Origin: Basidiobolus meristosporus CBS 931.73
Lineage: Eukaryota > Fungi > Basidiobolomycota
Reading direction: 5' to 3'
Length of the DNA stretch: 64,000 nucleotides
Assembly (NCBI GenBank): GCA_002104905.1
Contig: MCFE01000403.1
Coordinates: forward strand, 1 to 64,000
Shown: positions 51,183-63,628 of the stretch, in pieces
Layout of the letters: the number at the start of each line of letters is the position of its first letter
Position numbering within the stretch: the first letter of the stretch is position 1
Position numbers and translations under genes: made by a program
The notes under the pieces: model-generated
What the model was told of the DNA's origin: nothing
The model's input: only the letters and a program-made list of their open reading frames with translations
Database searches by the model: none

Positions 51183-54100
51183 TGTTACAAGTCTTGGTAT
51201 AAGAGTTGTAGAGGAATAGGGAGTTTAGCTAGTATTGTATTCACTAAAACTTGAACTGATCGTTATTGAGGTTCCAGTAGCTCCTTATATACATTTTGCC
51301 AGATCAATTGCTGACTAATTCTATATCCTAATGTAGATTGTGGCTGATGACTTATTTGATTGCATCATCATCACCCAATAAGATCCTACTTAATATAACT
51401 ATTTCTGTCTGATAAGGATCTGCTGATTCTTATGCTGACTAATGCCACTGATTTGATAGATAATACTGATATACTGATAACCTAAACATATACTAATTGA
51501 TTAGACTAAAAACTGATCTAACTTAAGCATTCAGGCAGCCGATCATAGCATTCTCCCCTACAAAGGTTGAGAGGGTTCTCCTGAATCTCTTTTCTTGTGA
51601 TACCAATATCTTAATGGTTCAGTATTATCAGCAAGTCTTGCAAGTTTGAGTGTGTCCCTATGCACTAAGTCTTCCTGGATGTTGCCTTGTTTGTCCACTA
51701 GTTAGTAAGCTGCAAATGGACATTCTCTGATGATCTTGATTGGTCCTGTCCATTGTGGCTCATGCTTCTTTGAAGTGTTGTTTCTTAGCAATACAAAGTT
51801 CCCAATTGTCCATGCTTCTGGTGCTATAGTCTTATCAAATCTCTGCTTCATCTTTTCTGCACTTTGAGATACTTTGGTCTGAGCCACTTGACGTCTTTGT
51901 TCCAGCTTCTGGTATCTACTTGGCTGACTGAGTTCATCTTCTATGGTGTCTGTGAGCTTTGGTTGTGTGAGATCTCCTGGAATCCTAGGTTCACATCCAT
52001 ACACTATGTAAAATGGCAATTGCTGGGTGGTATTGTGTACTCTGACTCTGCATGCAAAGAGTGCTTGGTCTATATACTCATCCCATCTACTGACAACTCC
52101 ATTTGAATACTTGGTCAGCATTTTTCCAAATAATCCATTAAGCCGTTCAGTGACTCCATTAGTTCTGGGGTGATACGCCAAGGTTCTCAAGTGATTGATC
52201 TGCTGCATTTCCAGGTAAGCTTCCAATGTCTTTGTCATAAAGTTTGCACCTCTATTGGATAGAATCTCTACAGGGCATCCAAATTTCATAAGGATCTCAT
52301 GGTAGATGAAACTTGCAACTACTTGTTTACTGTCTATAGGTACAGCAGTAGCAACTGGCCATTTGGTGGCATGATCAATTGCTACTAGGATCCAACAGTT
52401 GCATTTGCTGGTAGTTGGCAGTCTTCCAATAAAGTCAATTCCCCATCTTTCAAATGGTCTTACAAGCTCCAAGGGAAAAATTTCAGCAATTCTCTGTGGT
52501 TAGCCTTGGTTGATTTGGCAATTTGGGCATGTTTTCACTAGCTTCTCAATGTCTTGTTTCATTTGGGGCCACCATGCTCTGGCTTTCACAAGGCTATAAG
52601 TTCCTCCACTTCCAAGATGTCCATATCCATTGTGTAGCTTATGTATTAAATCCTGGCAAGAAACATAAGGGCAATAGGCAACAGGGCTTCCATCAACCAT
52701 TTTGCAGAGTGTTTCATCCTGTACTATAAATTTGCTGGCTGCTTCCTGGATTATCTTCTTGATATCTTCATCCACCTCATTAGGAGTGGCTTAGTCCTCC
52801 AAGTACTTTGGTAATAGGCTAGGCCAATCTGATTCATGCACCAAGTTGAGTTGTGCAGCTTGTTCTAATCTTGATAAGGCATCAGCAACCGTATTGTTTT
52901 TCCAGGGCAGTAGACAATCTCTAAGTCAAATTGCTGAATGTATTTGCTCCATCTTGTCATTCTTCTAGACAGTACCTTCTGAGTAAATATATACTTGAGG
53001 GAGGCCAGATCAGTCTTCACAGTGCATTTGACTCCTTCAATATAGCATCTCCATGTCTTCAAACAGTGTATTATAGCAAGCATCTCCTTCTCATGCACTG
53101 GGTAGTTTTGCTCTGCTGAGTTCAGCTTCTTGAATTCAAAGGCAACAAGGTAGTCCTTTCCCTTGTGTTTTTGACTCAACACTCCACCAATTGCATAATC
53201 TGAAGCATCCATGCACAGAGTAAACTGTTTTCTGAAGTCAGGTATTCTTAAGCTTGGTAGTTTAGCAAATTCATTCTTGAGCATCTGAAAGGCAGTCTCA
53301 CAAGCTATGTCCCACTTATAGGTGTTGTCTTTCTTGAGGATATCAGTTGATGGTGCTGCAATACTTGCAAAGGACTTGACAAATCTTCAATAATAGGAAA
53401 CCATTACAAGGAATGATCTGAGTTCTGATATGCTATGTGGCTGCTTCAGGTTCTTAATAACTTCAATCTTCTTAGGGTCTAAGGTCACTCCTGTGCTAGT
53501 CACTATGTGTCCCAGGTATTCAATGTGTTCCTTGAAGAATTCACACTTGGCTAGCTTGCCGGATAGCTTGTTCTCTCTTAGCTTCTTCAAGACCTTTTCA
53601 ATGTGCACCACGTGATTCTCTTCTGTCTTGCTGTATATCAATATGTCATCCAGGTAGATTATCACAAACTTGTCAAAGTACTCCTGGAAGATGGTCTGCA
53701 TCAGTGTTATGAATGTTGCAGGGGCATTGATGAGGCCAAAACTCATGACTAAGTACTTGTAATGTCCATATCTGGTCCTGAATGCTGTCTTAAGGATGTC
53801 TTCTGGCTTCACCCTAATCTGGTTGTATCCTGACATGAGGTCAATCTTGCTAAATATATTGGCACCATTGAGTTGGTCCAAAAGCTCTTCAATCCAAGGT
53901 ATGGGGTACTTATTTTTCACAGTAACTGAGTTGAGGGCTCTGTAGTCAATACACATCCTAAGAGTTCCATCCTTCTTCTTCACAAAAAGAACTGGTGCTC
54001 CCCAAGGTGACTTGCTGGGTCTGATATATCCTTGCTCCAATAACTGATCTATTTGTCTCTTCATCTCTTCCAACTCCAATGGACTCATTCTGTAAGGTGT

Positions 54101-56105
54101 CTTACTCACTGGGGGGCTATCTCCTGTGCCAATGGCATGATCTACATCTCTGACTGGTGGTAGGCTTACAAGTTCATCTGGAAATACGTCTGAATATACC
54201 TTCAAAAGAGTCTGGACCTTTTGGGGTACTGGTGCAGAGGAATCCTCCTGTAATACTGCCATGAGGAACATCTGGGTGCCTTTTCTTAGTGCTCTACAGA
54301 ACTGTGTCTTGCTAAGTTCACTTGTTTCACACACATTGGAATTGACCAAGTTAAAATCCAGTCTGGCAGGTAATAGCTAGTAGGTCTTGTTGTCCTTCTG
54401 TATCTGAGTAGCCTGGGTTCTCCAATTGATTGATGGATTACAACAAAATAGCCAGGTTTTCCCAAGTACAAGGTCAAACTTGCAGTTCCCAAATATATAG
54501 GCCTGTAGATCTTCTTCATAGTCATTGATCTTCATCCTTACTGGTTGAGTAATACAGTTGATTATGTGAGAGTTCCCATTAGCTGTTGAGACTGAAGTTA
54601 ATTTGGTGGGTTCCAAGTTGATTCCAGCTTTCAAAGCAAATTGCTCTGACATGTACTTGTGCAATGCTCCTGAGTCAATCATGATTTGGCAGGTACTCCA
54701 TTGATTACTCCATTCAAGTATAATAGCTTTCCTGAGCTTGAGGTCATCTGGCAAAGGTATTCTTCTGTCATATGGAAGGTGAGCTCTGAGTCTTCTTTAA
54801 GCTCATCCTCCATGTTACTTTGCTCCAGGGCATCAATATAGTTGAAGGTTCTTGATGGCTGGTGTCCATTTCTTCTCTGAGGGCAGTACTTTGCAATATG
54901 TCCCTGCTGGTGGCAATTAAAGCAAAGTCCTTTCTTCTTACATTCTTCCAAGGTAGAATTCTTCTGTATGGGGTCTATTTGCATTTGCACTGTTTCTGAT
55001 TGTCTTCTTTCATAGTGATTGTAGCCTCTCTGATTAGTCATTGTGGGCTTCCCAACTCCAAACATAGCTGAGTCATAGTCAATGGCAATCTTGATGGCTT
55101 GTTCAATAGTCTGAGGTCTTTGATAATTCACTTCCTTACAAGTTCTTTCTTTTAACCCATCAATAAAGTATTCAACTTGATCCAGAGGGTCCATTCTTTC
55201 AATTTGTCCAAGTAGACACCTATATTCATAGATGTACTCTTGGACCATTCCTTTCTGTCTGAGTGTCTTCAACTTTCTTTTTAGTAGTGTCTGTTAGTGT
55301 GGGGGTTCAAAGGCATCAGAATTTCCAACACAATCTCCTCCCAGGTAGAGATTTTTGAGCACCCCATCTTTGTGGATGACCTGATCTTGTTGTGGCACCA
55401 CTGTAAAGCTGCATCTGCCGGGTAAGAGACTGCGTAATGTAACTTGCTTTCTGGAGCAATTCCCTGAGCCTTGAAAGCTTCTTCAATCTGGAAGAGCCAA
55501 GTTCCCAGGTTTTCATTGACTCTGCCATGGTACCGGTTGACTTTTGCACTAAAGTTGCTCTTGACAGGGTTTTGCTGGCTTTGAGCCATGGTAGTCATTC
55601 CTTGTTGTTGCTGACTAAGGATCTGGAGTAACTGTTACTGCTGGGCCAGGATTTGCTGCCTAGCATTCTTCCATTCTTGATTTTTGGACATCTTGAGGGA
55701 GGCTTCTTCTTTCTTGAGGAGGGAGGTCTCTGGCTATTGCTGCTACCAATGTTACAAGTCTTGGTATAGAAGTTATAGAGGAATAGGGAGCTTAGCTAGT
55801 ATTGTATTCACTAAAACCTGAACTGATCTTTATTGAGGTTCCAGCAGCTCCTCATATATATTTTGCCAGATCAATTGTTGACTAATTGTATTTCCTAATG
55901 TAGATTGTGGCTGATGACTTATTTGATTGCATCATCATCACCCAATAAGATCCTACTTAATATTACTATTGCTGTCTGATAAGGATCTGCTGATTTATAT
56001 GCTGACTAATGCTACTGATTTGATAAATAATACTGACATACTGATAACCTAAATATATACTAATTGATATGACTGAAAACTGATCTAACTTAAACATTCA
56101 AGTGG
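51183..56105 (-). mobile_element. Near full-length Ty3/gypsy element, family A
   Basis: 3' LTR 51183-51550; PPT 51551-51563; 5' LTR 55750-56105 (its first ~12 bp displaced by gypsy B); PBS TGGTAGCAGCAATAG. Confidence 0.95.
51590..55598 (-). pseudogene. pol: Gypsy A gag-pol (gag, CCHC knuckle, protease, RT, RNase H, zf-H2C2, integrase)
   Basis: CFNCHQQGHIAKYC; MIDSGA; PSKSPWGAPVLFVKKKDGTLRMCIDYRALN; YLDDILIYS; DASDYAIGGVL; LHNGYGHLG..CPNCQ; WGIDFIG; YHPRTNGVTER; WTGPIKI. Confidence 0.95.
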
Positions 56106-59100
56106 TGTGGTGGTGTATAAGTCCAAGGGAGAGATAAGTCCAACACTTCTCAAGTGTTTTGTGTGTGGGGTGTTCACTGGGTGCAATAACCTGTGGCAAA
56201 AGCTTGCTAAGAATACTTGGGTTCTGTCTCTAATCTAATGTGAAGGGTAATAAAGCCACAAGCTTGTCAAGGGAAAACTATTGAGCTACAATCCCCAACT
56301 TAGTTGGCGTCTTCACAAAAGTAGGTGCTGGGTTCAGCGTCCTTTGAGATGACAATGTACTAAAGCTTCCAAAGTCAAAACAACTGTAAACTCCACCAGC
56401 AGGGACTTGATAAGAATGCAGCTGTGGTCAATAGTTACATAGACAGAAAAGTATCTTTGCCTGTACAAGAACAAACTTGGGAAAGAATCAAATGTAATAA
56501 AAGATACCTACACTTAGTATTCCTCACAAGTAGTGCCTCCAAGGTCAGTTGGCTGTCAGCGCGGTTTCCTGCAAGTGTCCTGTGGTCTAGGATTGGAAGT
56601 TCAGGTAGCAGCAGGTAGCAGTGATCACACTAATCAACAAGTTGGTATATTGATAAAAGGGATGATGATTTATTGTTGAGGGATAGCCTCCCTTATATAC
56701 TTTTCTCACTGGCTAAGTGATTACTAATCATGGTGTTCCAGAAGGTTCCAGATATTGTAGAAGTCTTAATGACACCAGAATGACCCAAGAATGTTCCAAG
56801 TAGGTGCTGGAAGGTTCTAAGAGGCACAGCACATCCAACCAATCAGGAATCAGTATTCTGAAACCTGTGAAACATAGGGATACCATATATGGTATGGAAA
56901 TGGTAGGGATGGTGCCACAGGTGGATCATATGTCACAGGTACTGGCGCGGGTACCTGCCTAATATAGAAGTACTTAAAGCTAGTAATCTTACATAAAGTG
57001 AGGGGTAACTAATGCAATAAGGTAAGCAGGTGTGATAGTCAACCGGCTTATGGGATAGTACTGATTGGGTAAGACAAATGGGATAAAACTAAAATAAGTG
57101 TAGTAGAGATATAGGGAAGTAGGAAATAAGGGAATGAGCACATCTGTCAGTAGGTGTCACTGCCACCCCACTACATCCACCCCCCTCTCAGCTTTGAACT
57201 TGGGTCAAAGCAAACTAATCTTGATGTGCAAAATTCCTATGCTTGAATAACTTAAGTCAGTTTCCAGCAACTGGTGCTCTCAACTGGGTGTTGTCAAGGT
57301 CAGATATCTAATAACTTCCATTTCCAATCACTTTGGAAATGAGGTAGGGGCCAGTCCATTTGTTGTCAAACTTCCGACTCCATTTTTGTCCAAGGTGGAA
57401 TCATAGGGTAATACTGGGTCTCCTAGTGATAGTAGCTTTGGTCTTGTTGGGTGTGATTTGTCAAATGGCACCTTGTTCTTCAGTTGTATATCCTTAAGTT
57501 GTTCAGCAGCTATGCTGATATTCAAGTCATGGTGATCAAGTTGCTGTATGCAAGTTGCAAGGAGGTCTTCAGTCTGCATATTGGATCTCTAATTCAATGA
57601 GTTTAAAGTGATGGTGTTTAACTCAACTGGTAGTATGCAGTCATGTCCATAGAGTAGCTTGAATGGCAATAATTCAGTTGTTCTCATGGTAGTAATTCTA
57701 TCTGCCCAGAGTGCAAGATGTAATTGTTGTGGCCACAGTGTTGTGTTATTCTCACAGGTCTTGACAAGAGAGTCCACCAATGGTCCATGTCCTCTCTCTA
57801 TCATTCCATTGGCTTGAGGGTGGTAAGCTGTTGTAAAAGCAATGTGTATCTTGTACTTTGAGCACAACTGCTGGATCATTTGGGATGTCATCACTCCTGT
57901 GTCAGCAACAAGTTTTTGGATGCAGCTAAATCTGCAGATAATGTCTTCTAGTATAAATCTCCATAGGGTATAGCTCTTGTTGTTGGGCAAGGCTTGAGCC
58001 TCTGCCCATCCACTTAGGTCATCTCTAGTAACAATCAGGTACTTTTTTGATCCAGCTGTTGGTATGTGGACAAGGTCAATACCAACCTTTTGCCATAGAC
58101 AGATTGTGTAAGTAGGATGCAGTGGTTCTTCATAACGCTTGGAAGATCTCTTCTGGAAGGCTACCCATGACTTTACAAAGTGTTGGATATCACAGTACAT
58201 GTTTTCCCAGTAGTACCTCTGAGCTGTGGTATTGTAGGTGGCTTCTTGTCCTCTATGTCCTCCTGGTTCTCCTTGGTGGATACTTGTCATGATGTTCAGT
58301 TGCTCTTGTGGGGTAGTGACTACTCTTCTTGGCATAAGTCCAGGCTTCACTTGCTTGAAGAGAAGATCATCTTTGAGATAGTAGTGGTATGCCTACTTCC
58401 TGAGTTTTCTAAACTCCTGAATTTCCATCCAACTAGGTTTCTTAAGTGTCCTTAGATATTCCTTGATCAGACTTCAGGTAGTTCTCTGATGGTCTTTGAT
58501 GGCAATCTGTTGGATCTCTGCATCAATAATATCATCAAAGTGAGAATCCAAGTCTTCAAATAATTGTGGTCCCTTCCTGGAGAGTGCATCAGCCACAACA
58601 TTTGTCTTGCCAGGGATATGTCTGACCTCAAAGTCAAACATTTTCAGCCATGCCATCCATTGGTTTGTGGCATCATCAGGTAGGTCAGGCTTGTTGATCA
58701 TTCCTATAAGTGGTTTGGCATCTGTCTCCAGGATGAAATGTGTCATGTAGAGTTGTGACTTCAGTTTCCTCAGCATCTTCACAACTCCTAGCAGCTCTCT
58801 CTTAATCTGTGAGTATCTTTGTTCTCTAGGAGAGAATAGGCAGCTCTCATATCTGCAGGCATAGTGGTTGCCATCTTCATCATCTTGGCCAAGTAGTGCT
58901 CCAGCTCCTATAACGCTTGCATCCACTGTCAAAATAGGTGGTCATTCAGTGTTCTGATAGTCAAGAGGTCATAGAACTAGTGGAGATACCAAGGCCTCTT
59001 TCAGTAATTGCATGGCTTCTTCTTGCTCTTCTCCCCATATAAAAGGGTTATTCTTTCACTGTAGTTGGTAGATTGGTTCTGCTATCTCAGAAAATCCTGG

Positions 59101-61036
59101 GATCCAGATCCTAAAGAACCCACAAGCTGCTACAAAGCCACAAGCTTGTGTTAGATTTGTGGGGGTAGGCCAGTTGCATATCTTTTGTGTCTTGGAGTCT
59201 CCAGGTGAACAACCAAGGGTGTTGCATTTTTGTCCAACAATGGATATCTCTGATACACCAAAGCTGCTTTTCTCACCACTGATGGTGAGTCCAGCTTCTT
59301 CAATGGCTCCTACTACAACATCATTGTCTGAAATATGGTCATAGACAAACTTTCTTACTCCAGGCATAACTTCAGTGGCATCCCGGGTTTTTGGTCCTTT
59401 GATGCCTATATCATCAGCAAAGACAGCAAGTTTTTCAGGTATAAACTGGTACAGCCCATTCACCATGCATCTCTGGAACTGAGCCATGGAGTTTGTAGCC
59501 CCTTGGCTGAGTCTTGTCATCCTTAAAAGTCCAAATGGTGTCTGTAGTGCAAACATATCTCTTGATGTCTCATCATGGGGAATCTAGTCATATCCTGAGT
59601 AGAGATTGTATGTTGAGTAGATGGAGTGACCACTAAAGCTTTCTGCAAAGTCATCAATAGATGGAGGTATAGCAGCATCTCTGATAGTGACAGCATTTGC
59701 AGGTTGCATGTCTTAAATGAATTGGAGCATTCCATTCTTCTTTTTGGTTACAAACCATCTGTTAGCATAGGGTCCATGGCAAGGTTCTAGGATACCAGCT
59801 TCTATCTTCTTCTTAAGTAGGTCATGCACATAAGCTTGGAGTCCTCTGGGCAGTGGGTAAGGCTTAATGACCAGGGTGTGTGGGCCACTGTATGAATCTT
59901 GATGGGTTTTTCAACCAATGTCTTTAAGAACCCTATCTCCTTGTCATTATATGAGAAAACCTTATCATGCCTTTTCAAGGTTTCTTCAAATAATAGTATC
60001 TCCTCTGGTGTAAGGTTTCCATTACCAATGATAAGTTGCTTAAGTCTCTCAGGTATAAGTTGTATATCTTCTGGTGTTTCTTCTGGGGGTCTAATGTAAT
60101 CAGCAGGTTGAGATCCATCAGTCAAAGGGGTAAGTGATGGTCTAATCTTCTGTTCTACTGTCTTGTATTTTGTCCAAACCATAGCTGTCTGCTCCTGTAT
60201 ACCTAATGAGTAGCTCCAAATGTTGGGGTGTATATTGTCAGGCTCATCATCTTCTTACATAACAAGATGTGTCTTCTGGCAAGCAGTATGTGTCCTCTTA
60301 TTGTTGGGTGTTACACCACAGATGGTTGACTGTAGTCCTGGGTTGGATCCTTGTATGGTGTACCATACTGACCCATTGGAATAGTTGGTGGTTATAGCCT
60401 TAGTACTGGTTTCCCATGGTCTACCTAGCAGAAGGTCAAAGTTTGCCTTCTGGCAGATGAAGAGGGGAAGCCATACCTTGATTCCTTGTACCTCAATTGG
60501 GAACTTGTGTACTACACCATAGAGTGGACTAGATCCTGAGTTTACATCAGTCATGTTCTATCCAGTATCTCTATCAACAGGCAGTAGCTCCTTGCTTCTA
60601 AATGTCTTCCAGAAGTCTAGCGGCATAACACAAATCTCTGAGCCACTGTCAATTTGGCAGTCAACAGGGTCATCATATATATACCTTTTCACCACAGCAG
60701 TTGGGACTGATTAAAAGGTCTTATATTCAGTAGTGTTGTCATCCTTTGGTGGTCTTCATGGTTTGTCTGAATTATATGGGTGTCCATATGTTCATCAGCT
60801 TGTTGTATTGTTCTAAGCTGCTCATCAAAGGTCTTCCTAACAGATGGGGATACACTCATGATTTCTCCAACCAACAAAGTGAGGTTTTGCTTCAGCAGCT
60901 TCTCAGTAATCAGTTGAGGGCTTGAGTAGCTTGCTATCTTTGAGGTCATCTGAAAGTGAGGCAAGGTATCTTGGGTGGGAAGCATACTAGGCCTCTTGTC
61001 AATAACAACTTCAGGTTCTTCATATTGTGGTCTTCT

Positions 61037-61385
61037 TGTTGTAAAAATTTGTAATTCCACCTAAATATTCACTTAACTTAGTCACTTAGATTATTACCCT
61101 CAAATCCTAGAGAATACTGACCAAATTCCTTGTTGGGATTTACTTAGAATATTTTCACCAAAATACCAGGTACCCAGAACATGAAAATTCTCAAAGTTGT
61201 CCATACAGCCCCAAACTTTGCACAGATGTTCTTGGGACCTTCCTTAACCTATTCTACATGTTTGTAATGCCCAGACCAGGTAAAAGTATAAATACTACTT
61301 TTACATTCAATAAATCATTAAGTGAAAACCACATAATCTACTTGTTCTCAAAATCACTTCCAATATCTCCAAGACTCTTACACCA
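61037..61385 (+). repeat. Solo LTR of copia-1 (349 bp) inside gypsy B
   Basis: Perfect 5-bp TSD CTTCT (61032-61036, 61386-61390). Confidence 0.95.
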
Positions 61386-62271
61386 CTTCTAAGGATGGGT
61401 TTGGCAGGTTCTTCAGGGAGGTGTCTTTTGGTAGCAAAGGCATTAACTTTGTATTGTCAGTTGTCAGGGCTGCTTGGATTCACTTTATGAGTCCCAATAG
61501 GGGCATCAACAGTAATCTTTCTGGTTGCTGAGTCAGATTTCTGAAAAAGGGCTCTCATCCCTCCTCTTTGGAAATTAGTGGGAATCCTTCTTCCTTCCTT
61601 GTCAGCTAGCATTCCATCAGCATCAAGCTGTACTGCTCCTTCTCTGAGTAGCTGACTAAGCTCTGAGCATTCTTGTCTAGCATGCTGAGTAGAGTCACAC
61701 CAGATGCAGTGCCTGGGCAAAGGTCTTTGGCCCTCAGTATCAACCTCAGCTGAGCCATTAATCTTGAGGGCTAGATTTTGTAGCTGTTCAGCAAGTTGGT
61801 CAATTCTGTCAGTAGTGTAGGTCTGATTGTCAGCAGCAGCACTCCTTGGCTCCTTGGTTGACTGGTCTGGCAGATTAGATGTCAGGAGTCTCATAAAGGT
61901 AGAAGTTTGCATTGCCTCTAGGAGAACGTATTTCATCTCTGCAAAGCAAGGAATGCCTCACTTGTCATCCTTGGCTGCATGTAGGTCAACTTTCCTTGCC
62001 AAGTCTTGGGGAAGCCCTTGTGCAAGGTAAAGTGTCATGGTAAACTCAGTTATAGCCTGGGACTCTAGGAGTGGCTTGGCCATATCTTCATATTGTTGAA
62101 TGAACTCTTCAAGTGGTAGCTTCAAAAGTCCAGTTCTTCCAAAGTGTCTGAGGTCTTCAATTCCATTGTATATCTGGGGTCTACCATACTTGGTCTGTAG
62201 GTAGGTCTTCATTAAGGCCCAGTTAGTGAGAATGTCTCCTTGTCTGAGAAGCTTAGTGGTAATATCATTGG

Positions 62272-63340
62272 CGTAGTGGGGTGACAGTGACACCCACTGA
62301 CAGATGTGCTCATTCCCTTTTTTCTACTTCCCTATATCTCTACTACACTTATTTTAGTTTTATCCCATTTGTCTTACACAATCAGTACTATGCTATAAGC
62401 TGGTTGACTATCACACCTGCTTACCTTATTGCATAAGTTACCCCTCACTTTATGTAAGATTACTAGCTATAAGTACTTCTATATTGGGCAAGGACCCGCG
62501 CCAGTACCCACAACACATGATCAACCCTTGACACCATCCCTACCATTTCCATACCATATATGGTATCCCTATGTTACACAGGTTTCAGAATACTGATTCC
62601 TCATTGGTTGGAGGTGCTGTGCCTCTTAGAACCTTCCGGCACCTACTTTGAACATTCTTGGGTCATTCTGAGGTCATTAAGACTTCTACAATATCCGGAA
62701 CCTTCTGGAACACCATGATTAGTAATCACTTAGCCAGTGAGAAAAGTATATAAGGGAGGCAATCCCTCAACAATAAATCATCATCCCTTTTATCAATATA
62801 TCAACTTGTTAATTAGTGTGATCACTGCTACCTGCTGCTACCTGAACTTCCAACTGCATACCACAGGACACTCCCAGGAAACCGTGCTGACAGCCAACCA
62901 ACCTTGGAGGCAGTACTTATGAGGAATACTTAGAGTAGGTATCTTTTATTACATTTGATTCTTTCCCAAGTTTGTTCTTGTACAGGCAAAGATACTTTTC
63001 TGTCTATGTAACTATTGACCACAGCTGCATTCTTATCAAGTCCCTGCTGGTGGAGTTTACAGTTGTTTTGACTTTGGAAGCTTTAGTACATTGTCATCTC
63101 AAAGGATGCTGAACCCAGCACATACTTTTGTTACAACGCCAACTAAGTTGGGGATTGTAGCTCAATAGTTTTCCCTTGACAAGCTTGTGGCTTTATTACC
63201 CTTCACATTAGATTAGAGACAGAACCCAAGTATTCTTAGCAAGCTTTTGCCAGAGGTTATTGCACCCAGTGAACACCCCACACACAAAACACTTGAGAAG
63301 TGTTGGACGTATCTCTCCCTTGGACCTATACACCACCACA
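62272..63340 (+). repeat. Solo LTR of gypsy B inserted antisense into the gag of a gypsy B element
   Basis: TSD TTGG (62268-62271, 63341-63344). Removal restores the reading ..FPYYCTN-DITTKLL.. Confidence 0.95.
62698..62754 (+). promoter_or_regulatory. Putative LTR B promoter: heat-shock element plus TATA box
   Basis: GAAccTTCtgGAA (62698-62710) lies ~36 bp upstream of TATATAAG (62747-62754), in the LTR sense orientation. Confidence 0.55.
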
Positions 63341-63609
63341 TTGGTGCAGTAGTAGGGGAAGTCTTCAGCCATTTCTTGTTCAGATAGGCTGCACATCTTG
63401 CAAAGCTTCTCCCATTTGAATATGAAGCTTTCCACATTCTTTCCATCAAACTGTGGGGCTCCATGTGAGAGTGGTAATGGCATAGAATTCATTTTGGGCA
63501 GGTAGGTCAGTGTTGTAATCATGAAAATATTGGTAGTCTTGTTTCAAGATGTGGATAGTAGCTCAAATCTTCAGGTAAATCTTGTTAGGTCCTAGGGAGC
63601 TTGTATGAT

Positions 63610-63628
63610 CCCCCCACATTGGGTGCCA
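63610..63628 (-). promoter_or_regulatory. Gypsy B primer binding site, tRNA-Lys type
   Basis: TGGCACCCAATGTGGGG equals the tRNA-Lys PBS TGGCGCCCAACGTGGGG after two CpG transitions; 4 nt from the LTR edge. Confidence 0.8.

Larger units (their letters stand above)
57240..63522 (-). pseudogene. pol: Gypsy B gag-pol remnant
   Basis: APQFDGKNVESFI; CIWCDSTQHARQEC; CQIDSGSEI; RLSQGATNSMAQFQR; FADDIGIKGP; VDASVIGAGA; IHQGEPGGHRG; VGIDLV; AYHPQANGMIERGH. Confidence 0.92.

Noticed and set aside
54670-54760. Programmed gag-pol frameshift in gypsy A
   Set aside because: The frame change falls inside the protease (NGVPAK / IMIDSGA) and is explained by a 1-bp deletion.
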